In this document: piece after piece, positions 1-10,073 of the stretch | Layout: each line of letters starts with the position of its first letter | Numbering within the stretch: the first letter of the stretch is position 1 | DNA from: a virus | Taxonomy: Duplodnaviria; Caudoviricetes | Virus record (IMG/VR): IMGVR_UViG_3300037963_000751 | Span: 1 to 60,796 of that record | Length of the DNA: 60,796 bases | Direction: 5' to 3' (one strand) | Notes under the pieces: model-generated | The model's input: the letters and a program-made list of their open reading frames with translations, nothing else | Database searches by the model: none | Told to the model about the DNA's origin: nothing | Made by a program: the position numbers and the translations under genes

Positions 1-1
1 C

Positions 2-99
2 AAACTATATAAAAGCATCTAATCAATATGATGCTGATGAAAAAAAATATTATAAAGAATTAGCTGCATACACTCGAATGACACCTGAGCAAAAGGATT
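2..99. repeat. Terminal direct repeat (assembly overlap), identical to 60699..60796
   Basis: 98-bp identity between the window start and end (base 1 differs); the reading frame continues across the junction. Confidence 0.95.
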
Positions 100-3000
100 C
101 AGAACAAGGGGTGCTTTTAAGAGAAAGTTTAATTTCTCAAAAGAAAAATGTAGCTAAAGCAAAACAAAAGTTAGAGTTAGATAAAAAAAATATTGCTTCT
201 CGTAAAGAAGATATATATTATTTAGCAGGAAAATATGCCGAGTATCTTGACGACCCTAATAGAGGGAACTTGTCGGGTTCTTTATGGAATGCTTTTGCTC
301 AGTCATGGTCAAGCATGACAGCAGGTACAGTAGACTTGGCTTTATGGGGAGCAGAAAAAGTTTTTGGAAAGGATGAATTAGCTCCCGAACAAACAGACAT
401 ATATCATAGTAGTCAAATAAGAGAAACCCTTGACCCTTATTGGAAGAAAAAGTATGGGTATACATGGACAGACCAACTAAATAAAAATGCAGACAAAGGT
501 AATTATGATTACACTGCGGAACAAAAGGAGGAGGCTGACCAAATAATGCAAGAGTTCTCTCCCTTTAGTTATAGTTTAGTTCAGAAAGCTAATTTAGATA
601 AAGATGGCAGAGCTATCATAAGAGAAGTAAGAAAGGGTAGTAAGTTATGGGAAGGTCCTACCTCTGATAAGTGGACAGAAACATTTAAAGAAGAACAGCC
701 TTGGTATCTTGGTGGAGGTGGATGGCTACATGGTGTAGTAGAAACTTTACCGGCTATGCCTATGATGGCTACAGGATACAAGCAAGGTGGTAGTCTTTTT
801 ATGAAGGGAGCAAGGACTTTATTTTCATATAAGTCCATGCCTATGATTGCAATGAGTTATGATAGGAACATGCAAGAGATGGAAAAAAATCCTGCATTTA
901 AAAACGTATCATTAGATGAGAAGAGAGGTATCTCTACTCTTCTTGCTGTACCTGAAGCAGCACTTGAAAAAATAACTTGGGGCTCGGGACTATTAAATGC
1001 TAAGCCACAGATAGGAGCATGGATAGCAAAAAAAGCATTAGCAAAGAAAGGCTCTACCCTTGGAACAAAAGCTTATCAGAAAGCAGTAGTGGATGTTATT
1101 GAAAATAATTTAGCACGAGGTATTGTTAGAACATTAAGCACAGGAGCAGCAGAATTTGAAACAGGTTTAGCTCAAGAGATTACTTCAATGAGTATTAAAA
1201 ACTTTTATGATGATGCCAAAGGAAAGAAGATGTTTGATAACCCTCAGTTTTTTGGAGGGGATATGTTGGAGTTTACTAAGCAAGCTTTAAAGGGTGGATT
1301 CTATGAAATGTTAGGTGGTATAGTAATGGGTGTTCCTGCAGGAGTATCTACTTCTATGAACAAAAAAGATTTCTCTAAGATGGATGATGCTACGTGGGGA
1401 ATATTTAAACAGATAAAAGATAACCCACAGCTTTTAAAACTAACAGACCAAAAGTTTATACAAGAAATTTCTCTCGGTCAAATGACTCCTCGTCAAGCTT
1501 TAATGATTAAAGAAAATTATAAAGAAGCTACTAATCTTTATAATGAAATACCTGACGCTGAAAAATATACAGGAGACCAACAAAGAGAAATCATGGGATT
1601 GCTTTTAAGAAAGCATGAACTACAAAGAAGAATAGATAAAAAAGACAAAGCTTTATCGTCAAAAGATAAAGCAGAAATAGAAACTATTAATCAGAAGTTA
1701 GTTAACATTTCAGAAAGAGCAGGAGATATTAACTACACACTTGAAAAAATAGATGATGTTTATAAGAATGTTAAGGATGATGCGGAAGTAGAATTAGCAG
1801 CAGAAACATTAGAGGAAATCCCTGACATATACAAAGATAGAGCTGTAGAAAAAGACACAGGGGATATGGGAGAGGTTGAGATAGGGTCAACTATTACAGG
1901 ACTATCTATTGGAAAACAGAAGACTCCTTACACAGGAACATATTATACATATAAATTAACCGGTAAAGAATTAAACAATGCCATTCAAGAGCAAAGCACA
2001 GATTTCGTGGATGCGAATCAATCAGCCCCAAATGTACAAGAGATGGAGGGCGGAACATCCGAGACAGGACCTGAAGTCACTACCCCAAAAGAAGGGGAGC
2101 AAGTTAGCGAAGAGCAACAGGTCCAAAAGGAAAAGTTAAATAACCTTGGGTTTACTGATGAGGTAATAGAGATGATGACACCTGAAGATATTGAGGTGGC
2201 TCAAACATATACCGAACCTTCTCAAGCCACAGAGATGGTGGAGCGTTACCAAAAAGACATGGAAGCGGCTCAATCATTAGCGGCTGAAGATACAACCACA
2301 GAAGATAAACCATTAACTGCAGAAGATGTAGAGACAGTAGGTGTAGCAGGTCAAGTTACTCAACAGAATAGAGGAAACTTAGATGTTAATCCTGTACAGA
2401 AAAAAATTATTAGACAGGCAGAGAAAGCAGTGCAGTCTTTAAAAAAGATTATGCCTAATCTTCGCATCATTACTTATGCTACTGAAGCTGAATATGCAGC
2501 CGCAGTACCCAAATCAAAGATAGGAGAGCGAGGAGAAATATCTAATGATGGTAATACCATACGTATAAATCTTGCTGCGGCTGACGAGACTACAGTAAGT
2601 CATGAAATATTCCATGCTATTATTACAAGTAAGTTTAATATCAACAGCAAGAAGATAGCTACTGCAGTTAACAATGACTTGATAAAGAAGCTACTTAAAG
2701 TTCTTCCAAAGGATAAGTACAGAATGAATGTTGTTGATAAGATAACTAAGGAGAGAAAACAAATCTCTTTACATGAATACTTGGAGGAGTATGTGAAAGA
2801 ATATAAAGATACCGAAACACACAGTGAAGAAAAGCTTGCTCAGATATTTGGTTTTTTAGGTGCAAACTATAGTACCTTAACATACCAAGAGCAAAGTGTA
2901 ATTAAAAAGTTTATAAATAAAATTAAATCTTTGGTTGGTAGACAAGTAAAAGATGCAGGGTTTACAAAAGATGATGCTCGTGTTATTGACTTATTAAACT

Positions 3001-6000
3001 CATTAGCATACAAAGTAAAAGTAGGAGAGGAAGTACAGGAGGGAGACTTACAACTATTTGATGAGGTAGCAGAAGAGGTACAGGGTCAGCCCACTGAAAC
3101 AACTACTGAAGAGGTAGTAGAGGAGACACCTGCCGAAGAGGTGGTTGAGGAAGTAGTAGATGAAGCACCTGCTGAAACAACTATAGAGGAAATATTAGAA
3201 GAAGTTGAAAGGAATGAGAAGGGTGTGTTCACTGTGTTAAATGACCGAGCAACTACAAGGAAAAGAATTATTAAAAGGCAAAGTAGAGATGAAACTTGGA
3301 GTGAGACTGTCTATGATATATTTTTATATCCACAAGGGACAAAGGAGGATATTAGTAAACACCCTGTTGTTAAGGGAAGAAGAAAGAAAACTTATAATGA
3401 TTATAATAAATATAAGAAAGCATTACAGACTCAGTTGAATAAAAAAACAACTACTGAAGAAGCACCTGCTGAGGAGATGGTAACTGATGAAGAGTTTACG
3501 GAGTTTACAAATACAGGTAAGGTTGCTGATGAGGTGATAGAAAAGATAACTGAAAAAATAAAAAGAGGTGAACAGTTAACTCAAAGGGAGGAAGCTATAA
3601 GACAGGACAAGTCAAATGAAGTTGAGGCTAAGTTAAAAGAAACTACTGAGGAAGCACCTGCTGAGGAAGTAGTAGAGGAAATAGATAAAAAGGCAGAAGA
3701 GGTTTTAAATGAAACTAAAAAATTTATAGAGAGTTCTAAGAAGAGAAAATTAGGTGTGATAACCATTATCAAAAATGGTTCTTTCTATGATTATGATTTA
3801 AGAGATGATATTGAAAACCAACTTAAGAAGCTTACAGAGTTAGCGAGGGAGGTAGATGAAAAATATTATGCGGATATAACACGTGCAGAGATAGAGCTTA
3901 AAAAAGTTTATGTAAAGATGCATCAGGATTATTTAAAACGGCTTCAATCTCCTGCCGGAACGATAGATGACGCAATAACACGTGGAATTATAAACCCGAT
4001 AGAAAAAATTACAAGACAGAAACAACTGACCGCAAATAAATCAGACAATGTTTTTTTTGCAAAGCAAGAAATTAGAGATGTAAAAGAAGAAATAGAGAGT
4101 TTAAACAATCTTATAAAAGAAGTAAGTGAAGAAGCACCCACCTCACGTAAGCAGGTAGCTGCTAAGGAGTCAGTTGCTCCTATGAAAGTCAATGAGGAGT
4201 TCAGTAAGATGACACCTGAACAGAAAAGAAAACAACTTGGTGGTAGGTATGGTATCCTTAGTTTAGAATTAAAAAAGGGTTTGTTTTTTGCTGAACAACA
4301 ATACAAGAAACGAGATGAGTATGACAGGCTATCTAAAAGCAATAAGCTTAAAGACATGGACTTGTTTGCGAAGAAGTTTCAAGGCAATCCACCTATGACT
4401 GAGGCACAAATCTTTCTTAACTCAGGAGGATGGTATCGTGGTATAGATGGTGAGTATAGATATGAGATACCTGATGGCAAGTTAGCTAAAGGTAGCTATA
4501 AAGATTTTACACGAGCGTCTAAAGATGCTGCCACAAGAGAAGCAAGACTTGATGAGGTATATATAGCACCCGAAGTTTACAAAACATACCCATTTCTAAA
4601 AGACATCATGGTGCAGTTTACTGCTATGACTATAGAGAAAGATGAAGAGACTATTCCCAATAGAACTACAGTAGGCAGTTGGAATCCTGCTACTAAAATT
4701 ATAAAATTCAATACCAACTATTCAGAGTTTGCTAAAGCTACTCCTGAAGAACAAAGAAATGAAATCTTTTACACTATTGTTCACGAAGTTCAACATGCTA
4801 TTCAAGATTTTGAAGGTTTTGCTATGGGTGGAACAGATGTTGAAACAAAGGGTGGGCTTGGCAAGAGAGTAACAGAAGAATTTGGTAAAGGTAGAGAAAG
4901 ATTAACTAAAGAAAGAATCTTTGCGTCAGAAGCTCAGAAAGGATTAAAGAAAAAATATGAAAGGTTTAGAATAAACAATGAGTTTATTGACTATTTATCT
5001 GCAGCATTAAACAAACTTAAAAAGTTAGGAGAGAAAGATTTATATAACAAATTGCTGAAGAGTAAAAACAAAGGCAAAGACTTGGTTGACATAGTGCTAC
5101 AATACGAAGCCACTGATGCTACCATGAATAGAATATATAGAGAGATAAAGGAAGACGCAAGGTATTATAATAGAGAGTTAGGATATCCTGAGGTTAAGAT
5201 GACTCAAAAAAATCTTAAAGAGTTCTTTGATAACACCGATTATAACCGCCACATATTAGATGAGTATGGAATAAACAACGCACAGACAGGTTCACAAATA
5301 GATGCTATTCAAAAAAGTTTGCTTAAAAGGTTGAGGATGTATGATGCTTATAAGATGTATGAAAGAACATATGGGGAGATAGAAGCAAGGAATGTAGAGG
5401 AGCGAGCAAAAATAAAAAAAGAATTAGCTCGATATAAATCTGAGCTTGATAAACTTAACAGACTTGGAAAGAAAGAAGTTGCAAATGAAATATTTACAAA
5501 AGAACTATATGATTACCTATCAGAAAATGTCATAGATATAGAAGATGTGATAGGTGAAGGAGTTACATACGAAGATTTTAAAATATTTCTAAAGAACAAG
5601 TCGTACAGTAAAGAGATATACGAATATTTAACAATGAAAGACCCTAACTACTCACGAGATGTTACGTTAGGAGAGTTTCAACGTAATGTGGAGGGGCTTA
5701 CTACGGAAGAAAAAATACGAGAGATAGAAGAACAGTTGTATAAACAACTACCTACTGTTACCGAAGACTCAAAAGGATTAATAGAAGATATAGATAAAAG
5801 CGAGCAAGGTCCATACATAATGAAGTCATATCCTAAAGCAAAGCGTAAGCAAGTGGCTTCTAAACAGAAGGTAGAGATGACTACTCAAGAAGAGAATGCT
5901 AAGGCTAAAGAAAAGCTTGAGGGTATGAATCGTAAGCAACTACCTTCACCCAATGCATCTATGGAAGATGTTATTGCATGGGGTAGAAGCAGAGGTGAGA

Positions 6001-9000
6001 GTGATGCAGTTCTTAGAATGTTCTTGAAGTCAAGAGGTTATGGTACAATAAAAGAAATTAGAGAAGCCATGGCTCAGACTGTACAGATGGCAGCTATGCC
6101 ACCTGACTTAGCCAACATTGAGGGTGGTCTTGAGGTAGCTGAAAAAATGTACGAAGATATAATGACTAAGTTCTATGACGCTACCATGGAAACAAGAGAG
6201 GTCGTAGCTGAAAGTAAAAAGAGAATAGCTAAGGCTAAACGAGTAATGCAAAACAATCCTAAAGAGTATGGTAAAGAAAAGGATGGTGTGTTTACTAAAC
6301 CTAACGGGGATAAAGTTACTCTTGATATAACTAAAGCAAAGCGTGGTGTTAAGATAATAACAGCTACGCAAGTGTTAGGTGCTCCACGTACATCTATGGA
6401 AAGTGTATTCACTAAATCAAAAGCACAGAGACGAGCAATCTTGCAACAAATAATAGAGAGCAATGAAGATTATCAAAACCAAGATGAAATAAACAAAGCT
6501 AACATACAAAGACTTTTAGATAGAGCATTGAACACACGAGCCAACCCTTCAGTTGAGCAACGCATGAGAGATGTAAAGAGAATAGCTAAAGCTGCTGAAC
6601 AAAATGAAAAGAAACTTCAAGAGGTAAGAAATAGATTACGAGCATTGATACGTGAGTCTATACCAAGACATTTAGAAGATTCAACCACTACTAAAAACCT
6701 AAACGCCATGATTAAAAGCTTGGCTAAGGTAAACTCTACTAATGTTTTAGTGGAGACTGATAGGATATTGAAACAGATAGAAAGAATAAACAAAAAAGAA
6801 ATAAATTCTTTAAGAAAGAAAGCTTTAAAAATAATAAAGCAGAAGTCAAGTACTGCTAAGCAAGGAAAAACCACAGGGGTAGATGCAGAAACAAATATGT
6901 TTATGCAGGAGATTAAAAAGATATGGTTAAAAATGGACGAGCTTTTAAAAGAAGAAAATAGTGGTGAACTTATAGATGAATACTTAAATAAAATACAAGA
7001 AGAGTTAGAAGATGGGAAGAAGGTAGCAGACATAGACACCATTATAAAAAAGACTATAGATGGAGAGCCGCTTAATTCACAAGAGAAAAGAAAGCTATAT
7101 AAAAACTTTGCTTATGACATGATGTACACCTATCCATCACTTGACTATGAAGGAATGCAACTATTATACGAAGAGATAGCAGACTTAAAAGCTGAAGGAA
7201 TAGCTAAGTTTAAATCCAATAGAGAAGCAAGGGTTAAAAGAAATGCTAAGCTTGAAGCAGAAGCAGTAGAACAATTAAAACTAAAGTATCCTTTCTTGGT
7301 TAATGAGAATGGAGAATTTATGGATAATGAAGAAGTGCAATTAAAAAAAGCTAAGCTTCTTAATCAATGGAAAAAGACTCGTTCATTTAAAGCCATTAAA
7401 GATTGGAGTCGAATAGTTCTTAATAAAAAGAAACAGAAATCTTCCGAATGGCTTAGAGCTTGGTTAGCAACCAATGAAACTCTTAACAATGCTCTTGATA
7501 TGCAGGGGGTAGGTAAAAGTTTCTTTACAAAAAATGTTTATCAAAGACTTCGAGATATGAGAGATGTCTTTTTAAAAGGGCAACAGTCTGAACAGAAAAA
7601 GATGAACGAGATATTGAATGGTATACCTGCTATTGCAGAGAAAGTAAGCAGAAGAAAAAGTCCTTATGCTGTGCTTGTGGATATGCTTGCAGAAGGAGAC
7701 ATGGTAGATATTCAAGGAAACATATTTACTCCTGACGAAGCACTAAGAATCTATGCCTTATCTAAGAATGAAGTGCAGCGTGAAAAATTACAGATAGGAC
7801 AAGATAAAAAAGGTAGAGGAACATTTATAACAGACGCAGGACTACAAGAACTTGAAGCCCAACTACCCACTGCACTCAAACAGTATGCAGATGCAATGGT
7901 GGATTACCTGAGTAATGATTACTATAACAGCGTGAATGATGTGTACATGGATGTGAATAGTGCATCTCTTCCTTATGTAGAAAATTATTTTCCTACTAAA
8001 ACATACAACACTACAGCAGAAAGAAGTAGCATTGAAGAAAAATTACAAAAAGGAGACGTGAATTTTAATGCTGTGTTTAATGCACAAACAGCTCCTGCTT
8101 TAAACGCAAGAACAAATGTGACAGGAAGAATACCTCTTAAAGGATACACATTTACAGGAGAACTAAGCAATCACTTTGAACAAATGGAAAGGTTTAAAGC
8201 CTATGCTGAGGGAGTTAAAGTTATAAGAGATATTGTAAGTATGGATAGTGTTAACAGCGTTCTTGATGTTACAGGATTAAAACAGGTCTATCTTAGAAAC
8301 CTAATGACTACTATTAATCCTAATGCTTTTCAAGCAAGAGGACCTGAAAGTATTTTTGGAAAGGCTCTTAACAATTTCTCTTCATTTGTTTTAGGTTTTA
8401 AACTATGGCAGATTCCTAAGCAAGCTACCTCTTTTATAAATGCATTTGAAGAGTATGATTCAGGCTTAATAAAAAAAGACGTTGATGGTTTAGGATTAAC
8501 TAAGGGAGCGGCAGACATGGTGATGTTCATGATAGACATGGCAGCAACTACAGGTTCTTTAGCATTTGAGTTAATGCCTAAAGCACTAAGAGAAAGGTTA
8601 GGTATTCCTGATGGTCCTATATCTCAAGCGTACAAAATATCCCCCACCTTTAGAAACAGAATACAAGCAGCTATGGAGGGAGACTTGTGGGGACTTGAAT
8701 CAGGTTCTAAAATAAAATACAATAATGAAGCAAAGTCGGAGGGTATTATTCCTCGTAAACTAAAAATGCTACCGCAGAAAGCAAGAAAGTATGGGTCTTA
8801 TCCTACTATGCTTGGAGATGTTCTTGGAGTAATGGGATACATGATTAACTACAGAAGAGATATAAAAAATGGAATGAGTAAAGAGGAAGCATTAAGAAAG
8901 TTTAACAGATATGAAGCAACTCAGCAGACAAGAAGTGAAACAGAGAAGAATAGATTACAATTAGAAAGTAATGACATGTTAAGAGCGTTCACTATGTTTG

Positions 9001-9629
9001 GAAGCACACCATACTTACAGCAAAATAAAATAGCTCAAGCTTCAGCTAACATGATGCAAGCTATAAGTAGAGGTAAGATGCCACGTAAACAAGATATGCG
9101 TTCATTGATTCTTAACCTTGGTTTTGCTAACGTAGCATTCATCTATATGTCCAACATATTTAAGTATGCCTTTGGAGATGATGAAGATAAAGAAGAAGTA
9201 ATGAGACACATGAAAAAAGTAATGCTTGGCTTTAATTCCTTGACAGCTATACCTTATATTGGACCTACCATAAAAGCAATGGATAATTATTATACAACAG
9301 GCAAGGTGTGGTCTCAAGACTTAGGAGTCAATCCTTTTATGCAAGTGTGGAATAGATTCAGAAAAGCTTATGAAGGTAAGCTTGAATTTAAAAATCTTCC
9401 TAAAGATGTTATTAGTTTAATAGGAATAAACACCGACCCATTTGTAGCATTGTATAATAAGACAATAGGAGAGGGTGACTTCTTTGAAAAGGATGAAGAC
9501 TTCTATGACCTACGAGGTATAAGCAAATCATATAGACCTTCAGAGTCTAAGTATGAAGAAGGCTTTGAACCATTTGAAAAAACAGAAAGCTTTAAAACAT
9601 TTAAAGAGCTTGAGGAGGAAAACAAATAG
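78..9629 (+). CDS. Giant virion/ejection polyvalent protein, 3' part (true start at 59521; ~3601 aa in total); two zincin HExxH motifs and an LPD23-like domain
   Basis: HEIFH at 2601-2615 and HEVQH at 4782-4796; WYRGIDGEYRYEIPD and YERTYGEIEARNVEER motifs resemble LPD23/MPTase; last gene of the structural arm. Confidence 0.75.
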   Translation: MTPEQKDSEQGVLLRESLISQKKNVAKAKQKLELDKKNIASRKEDIYYLAGKYAEYLDDPNRGNLSGSLWNAFAQSWSSMTAGTVDLALWGAEKVFGKDELAPEQTDIYHSSQIRETLDPYWKKKYGYTWTDQLNKNADKGNYDYTAEQKEEADQIMQEFSPFSYSLVQKANLDKDGRAIIREVRKGSKLWEGPTSDKWTETFKEEQPWYLGGGGWLHGVVETLPAMPMMATGYKQGGSLFMKGARTLFSYKSMPMIAMSYDRNMQEMEKNPAFKNVSLDEKRGISTLLAVPEAALEKITWGSGLLNAKPQIGAWIAKKALAKKGSTLGTKAYQKAVVDVIENNLARGIVRTLSTGAAEFETGLAQEITSMSIKNFYDDAKGKKMFDNPQFFGGDMLEFTKQALKGGFYEMLGGIVMGVPAGVSTSMNKKDFSKMDDATWGIFKQIKDNPQLLKLTDQKFIQEISLGQMTPRQALMIKENYKEATNLYNEIPDAEKYTGDQQREIMGLLLRKHELQRRIDKKDKALSSKDKAEIETINQKLVNISERAGDINYTLEKIDDVYKNVKDDAEVELAAETLEEIPDIYKDRAVEKDTGDMGEVEIGSTITGLSIGKQKTPYTGTYYTYKLTGKELNNAIQEQSTDFVDANQSAPNVQEMEGGTSETGPEVTTPKEGEQVSEEQQVQKEKLNNLGFTDEVIEMMTPEDIEVAQTYTEPSQATEMVERYQKDMEAAQSLAAEDTTTEDKPLTAEDVETVGVAGQVTQQNRGNLDVNPVQKKIIRQAEKAVQSLKKIMPNLRIITYATEAEYAAAVPKSKIGERGEISNDGNTIRINLAAADETTVSHEIFHAIITSKFNINSKKIATAVNNDLIKKLLKVLPKDKYRMNVVDKITKERKQISLHEYLEEYVKEYKDTETHSEEKLAQIFGFLGANYSTLTYQEQSVIKKFINKIKSLVGRQVKDAGFTKDDARVIDLLNSLAYKVKVGEEVQEGDLQLFDEVAEEVQGQPTETTTEEVVEETPAEEVVEEVVDEAPAETTIEEILEEVERNEKGVFTVLNDRATTRKRIIKRQSRDETWSETVYDIFLYPQGTKEDISKHPVVKGRRKKTYNDYNKYKKALQTQLNKKTTTEEAPAEEMVTDEEFTEFTNTGKVADEVIEKITEKIKRGEQLTQREEAIRQDKSNEVEAKLKETTEEAPAEEVVEEIDKKAEEVLNETKKFIESSKKRKLGVITIIKNGSFYDYDLRDDIENQLKKLTELAREVDEKYYADITRAEIELKKVYVKMHQDYLKRLQSPAGTIDDAITRGIINPIEKITRQKQLTANKSDNVFFAKQEIRDVKEEIESLNNLIKEVSEEAPTSRKQVAAKESVAPMKVNEEFSKMTPEQKRKQLGGRYGILSLELKKGLFFAEQQYKKRDEYDRLSKSNKLKDMDLFAKKFQGNPPMTEAQIFLNSGGWYRGIDGEYRYEIPDGKLAKGSYKDFTRASKDAATREARLDEVYIAPEVYKTYPFLKDIMVQFTAMTIEKDEETIPNRTTVGSWNPATKIIKFNTNYSEFAKATPEEQRNEIFYTIVHEVQHAIQDFEGFAMGGTDVETKGGLGKRVTEEFGKGRERLTKERIFASEAQKGLKKKYERFRINNEFIDYLSAALNKLKKLGEKDLYNKLLKSKNKGKDLVDIVLQYEATDATMNRIYREIKEDARYYNRELGYPEVKMTQKNLKEFFDNTDYNRHILDEYGINNAQTGSQIDAIQKSLLKRLRMYDAYKMYERTYGEIEARNVEERAKIKKELARYKSELDKLNRLGKKEVANEIFTKELYDYLSENVIDIEDVIGEGVTYEDFKIFLKNKSYSKEIYEYLTMKDPNYSRDVTLGEFQRNVEGLTTEEKIREIEEQLYKQLPTVTEDSKGLIEDIDKSEQGPYIMKSYPKAKRKQVASKQKVEMTTQEENAKAKEKLEGMNRKQLPSPNASMEDVIAWGRSRGESDAVLRMFLKSRGYGTIKEIREAMAQTVQMAAMPPDLANIEGGLEVAEKMYEDIMTKFYDATMETREVVAESKKRIAKAKRVMQNNPKEYGKEKDGVFTKPNGDKVTLDITKAKRGVKIITATQVLGAPRTSMESVFTKSKAQRRAILQQIIESNEDYQNQDEINKANIQRLLDRALNTRANPSVEQRMRDVKRIAKAAEQNEKKLQEVRNRLRALIRESIPRHLEDSTTTKNLNAMIKSLAKVNSTNVLVETDRILKQIERINKKEINSLRKKALKIIKQKSSTAKQGKTTGVDAETNMFMQEIKKIWLKMDELLKEENSGELIDEYLNKIQEELEDGKKVADIDTIIKKTIDGEPLNSQEKRKLYKNFAYDMMYTYPSLDYEGMQLLYEEIADLKAEGIAKFKSNREARVKRNAKLEAEAVEQLKLKYPFLVNENGEFMDNEEVQLKKAKLLNQWKKTRSFKAIKDWSRIVLNKKKQKSSEWLRAWLATNETLNNALDMQGVGKSFFTKNVYQRLRDMRDVFLKGQQSEQKKMNEILNGIPAIAEKVSRRKSPYAVLVDMLAEGDMVDIQGNIFTPDEALRIYALSKNEVQREKLQIGQDKKGRGTFITDAGLQELEAQLPTALKQYADAMVDYLSNDYYNSVNDVYMDVNSASLPYVENYFPTKTYNTTAERSSIEEKLQKGDVNFNAVFNAQTAPALNARTNVTGRIPLKGYTFTGELSNHFEQMERFKAYAEGVKVIRDIVSMDSVNSVLDVTGLKQVYLRNLMTTINPNAFQARGPESIFGKALNNFSSFVLGFKLWQIPKQATSFINAFEEYDSGLIKKDVDGLGLTKGAADMVMFMIDMAATTGSLAFELMPKALRERLGIPDGPISQAYKISPTFRNRIQAAMEGDLWGLESGSKIKYNNEAKSEGIIPRKLKMLPQKARKYGSYPTMLGDVLGVMGYMINYRRDIKNGMSKEEALRKFNRYEATQQTRSETEKNRLQLESNDMLRAFTMFGSTPYLQQNKIAQASANMMQAISRGKMPRKQDMRSLILNLGFANVAFIYMSNIFKYAFGDDEDKEEVMRHMKKVMLGFNSLTAIPYIGPTIKAMDNYYTTGKVWSQDLGVNPFMQVWNRFRKAYEGKLEFKNLPKDVISLIGINTDPFVALYNKTIGEGDFFEKDEDFYDLRGISKSYRPSESKYEEGFEPFEKTESFKTFKELEEENK
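1978..2139 (+). CDS. Nested +1-frame small basic protein, 53 aa (MPFKSKAQISWMRINQPQMYKRWRAEHPRQDLKSLPQKKGSKLAKSNRSKRKS)
   Basis: ATG at 1978 after an AT-rich leader, TAA at 2137-2139; resembles small phage proteins beginning MPFKSxAQ (recalled, not searched). Confidence 0.6.
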   Translation: MPFKSKAQISWMRINQPQMYKRWRAEHPRQDLKSLPQKKGSKLAKSNRSKRKS

Positions 9630-9646
9630 CTCGTTGACGAGCTATT
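9625..9646. repeat. Dyad motif copy AATAGCTCG-TTGA-CGAGCTATT; supplies the TAG stops of both convergent genes
   Basis: Read directly; TAG at 9627-9629 (+) and at 9642-9644 (-). Confidence 0.9.
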
Positions 9647-10073
9647 GATAATACTTAACGTACTTAAACTTCTTAGTGAAAGGAAAGTATGCCATGAGTT
9701 CAGCGTCATTGACTGCTCCTTCTCGGGGTGGTCTACCTCCCCATCTTATTTCTCCGTTGAGTTTATCTACGGGTGAGTAGATGAGTCCATCTTCACATGC
9801 CCATATCATTATTGGATTCAATCTTTTATCTGACAGCTTGACTAACTTACGTACAGCTACAGGTAATGGGAATGCTTTACTCATTGGTCTTAGCCTACCC
9901 TTTACCTCAGCGTAAGCTACGAGTGTACCTTCTTTATTAAATACTTTGTAGTCAATATCATTTTCTCCAAGCTTCTTGAATGAGCCTTGGAATATTCTAA
10001 CAAAAGACTTAATTGCTTTTTGTTCTCTTTGTGTGTCCTCAATAGTTTCAAATCTCATAAGTTCATCATGCAA
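9642..10073 (-). CDS. PD-(D/E)XK-family nuclease-like protein
   Basis: IDY...AEVKGR motif. Confidence 0.6.
   Translation of the reverse strand: MHDELMRFETIEDTQREQKAIKSFVRIFQGSFKKLGENDIDYKVFNKEGTLVAYAEVKGRLRPMSKAFPLPVAVRKLVKLSDKRLNPIMIWACEDGLIYSPVDKLNGEIRWGGRPPREGAVNDAELMAYFPFTKKFKYVKYYQ

Noticed and set aside
2-99. End repeat as a biological terminal repeat
   Set aside because: It falls mid-gene and its ~99-bp length is typical of an assembler k-mer overlap
78-9629. Giant protein as a virion RNA polymerase (crAss- or N4-like)
   Set aside because: I saw no DxDxD-type catalytic motif; the recognisable motifs are zincin/LPD-like. A remote-homology search is needed to exclude it fully
9625-9646. 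Dyads as ordinary rho-independent terminators
   Set aside because: No consistent U-tract; some copies lie inside CDSs or just after promoters; conventional terminators exist separately nearby
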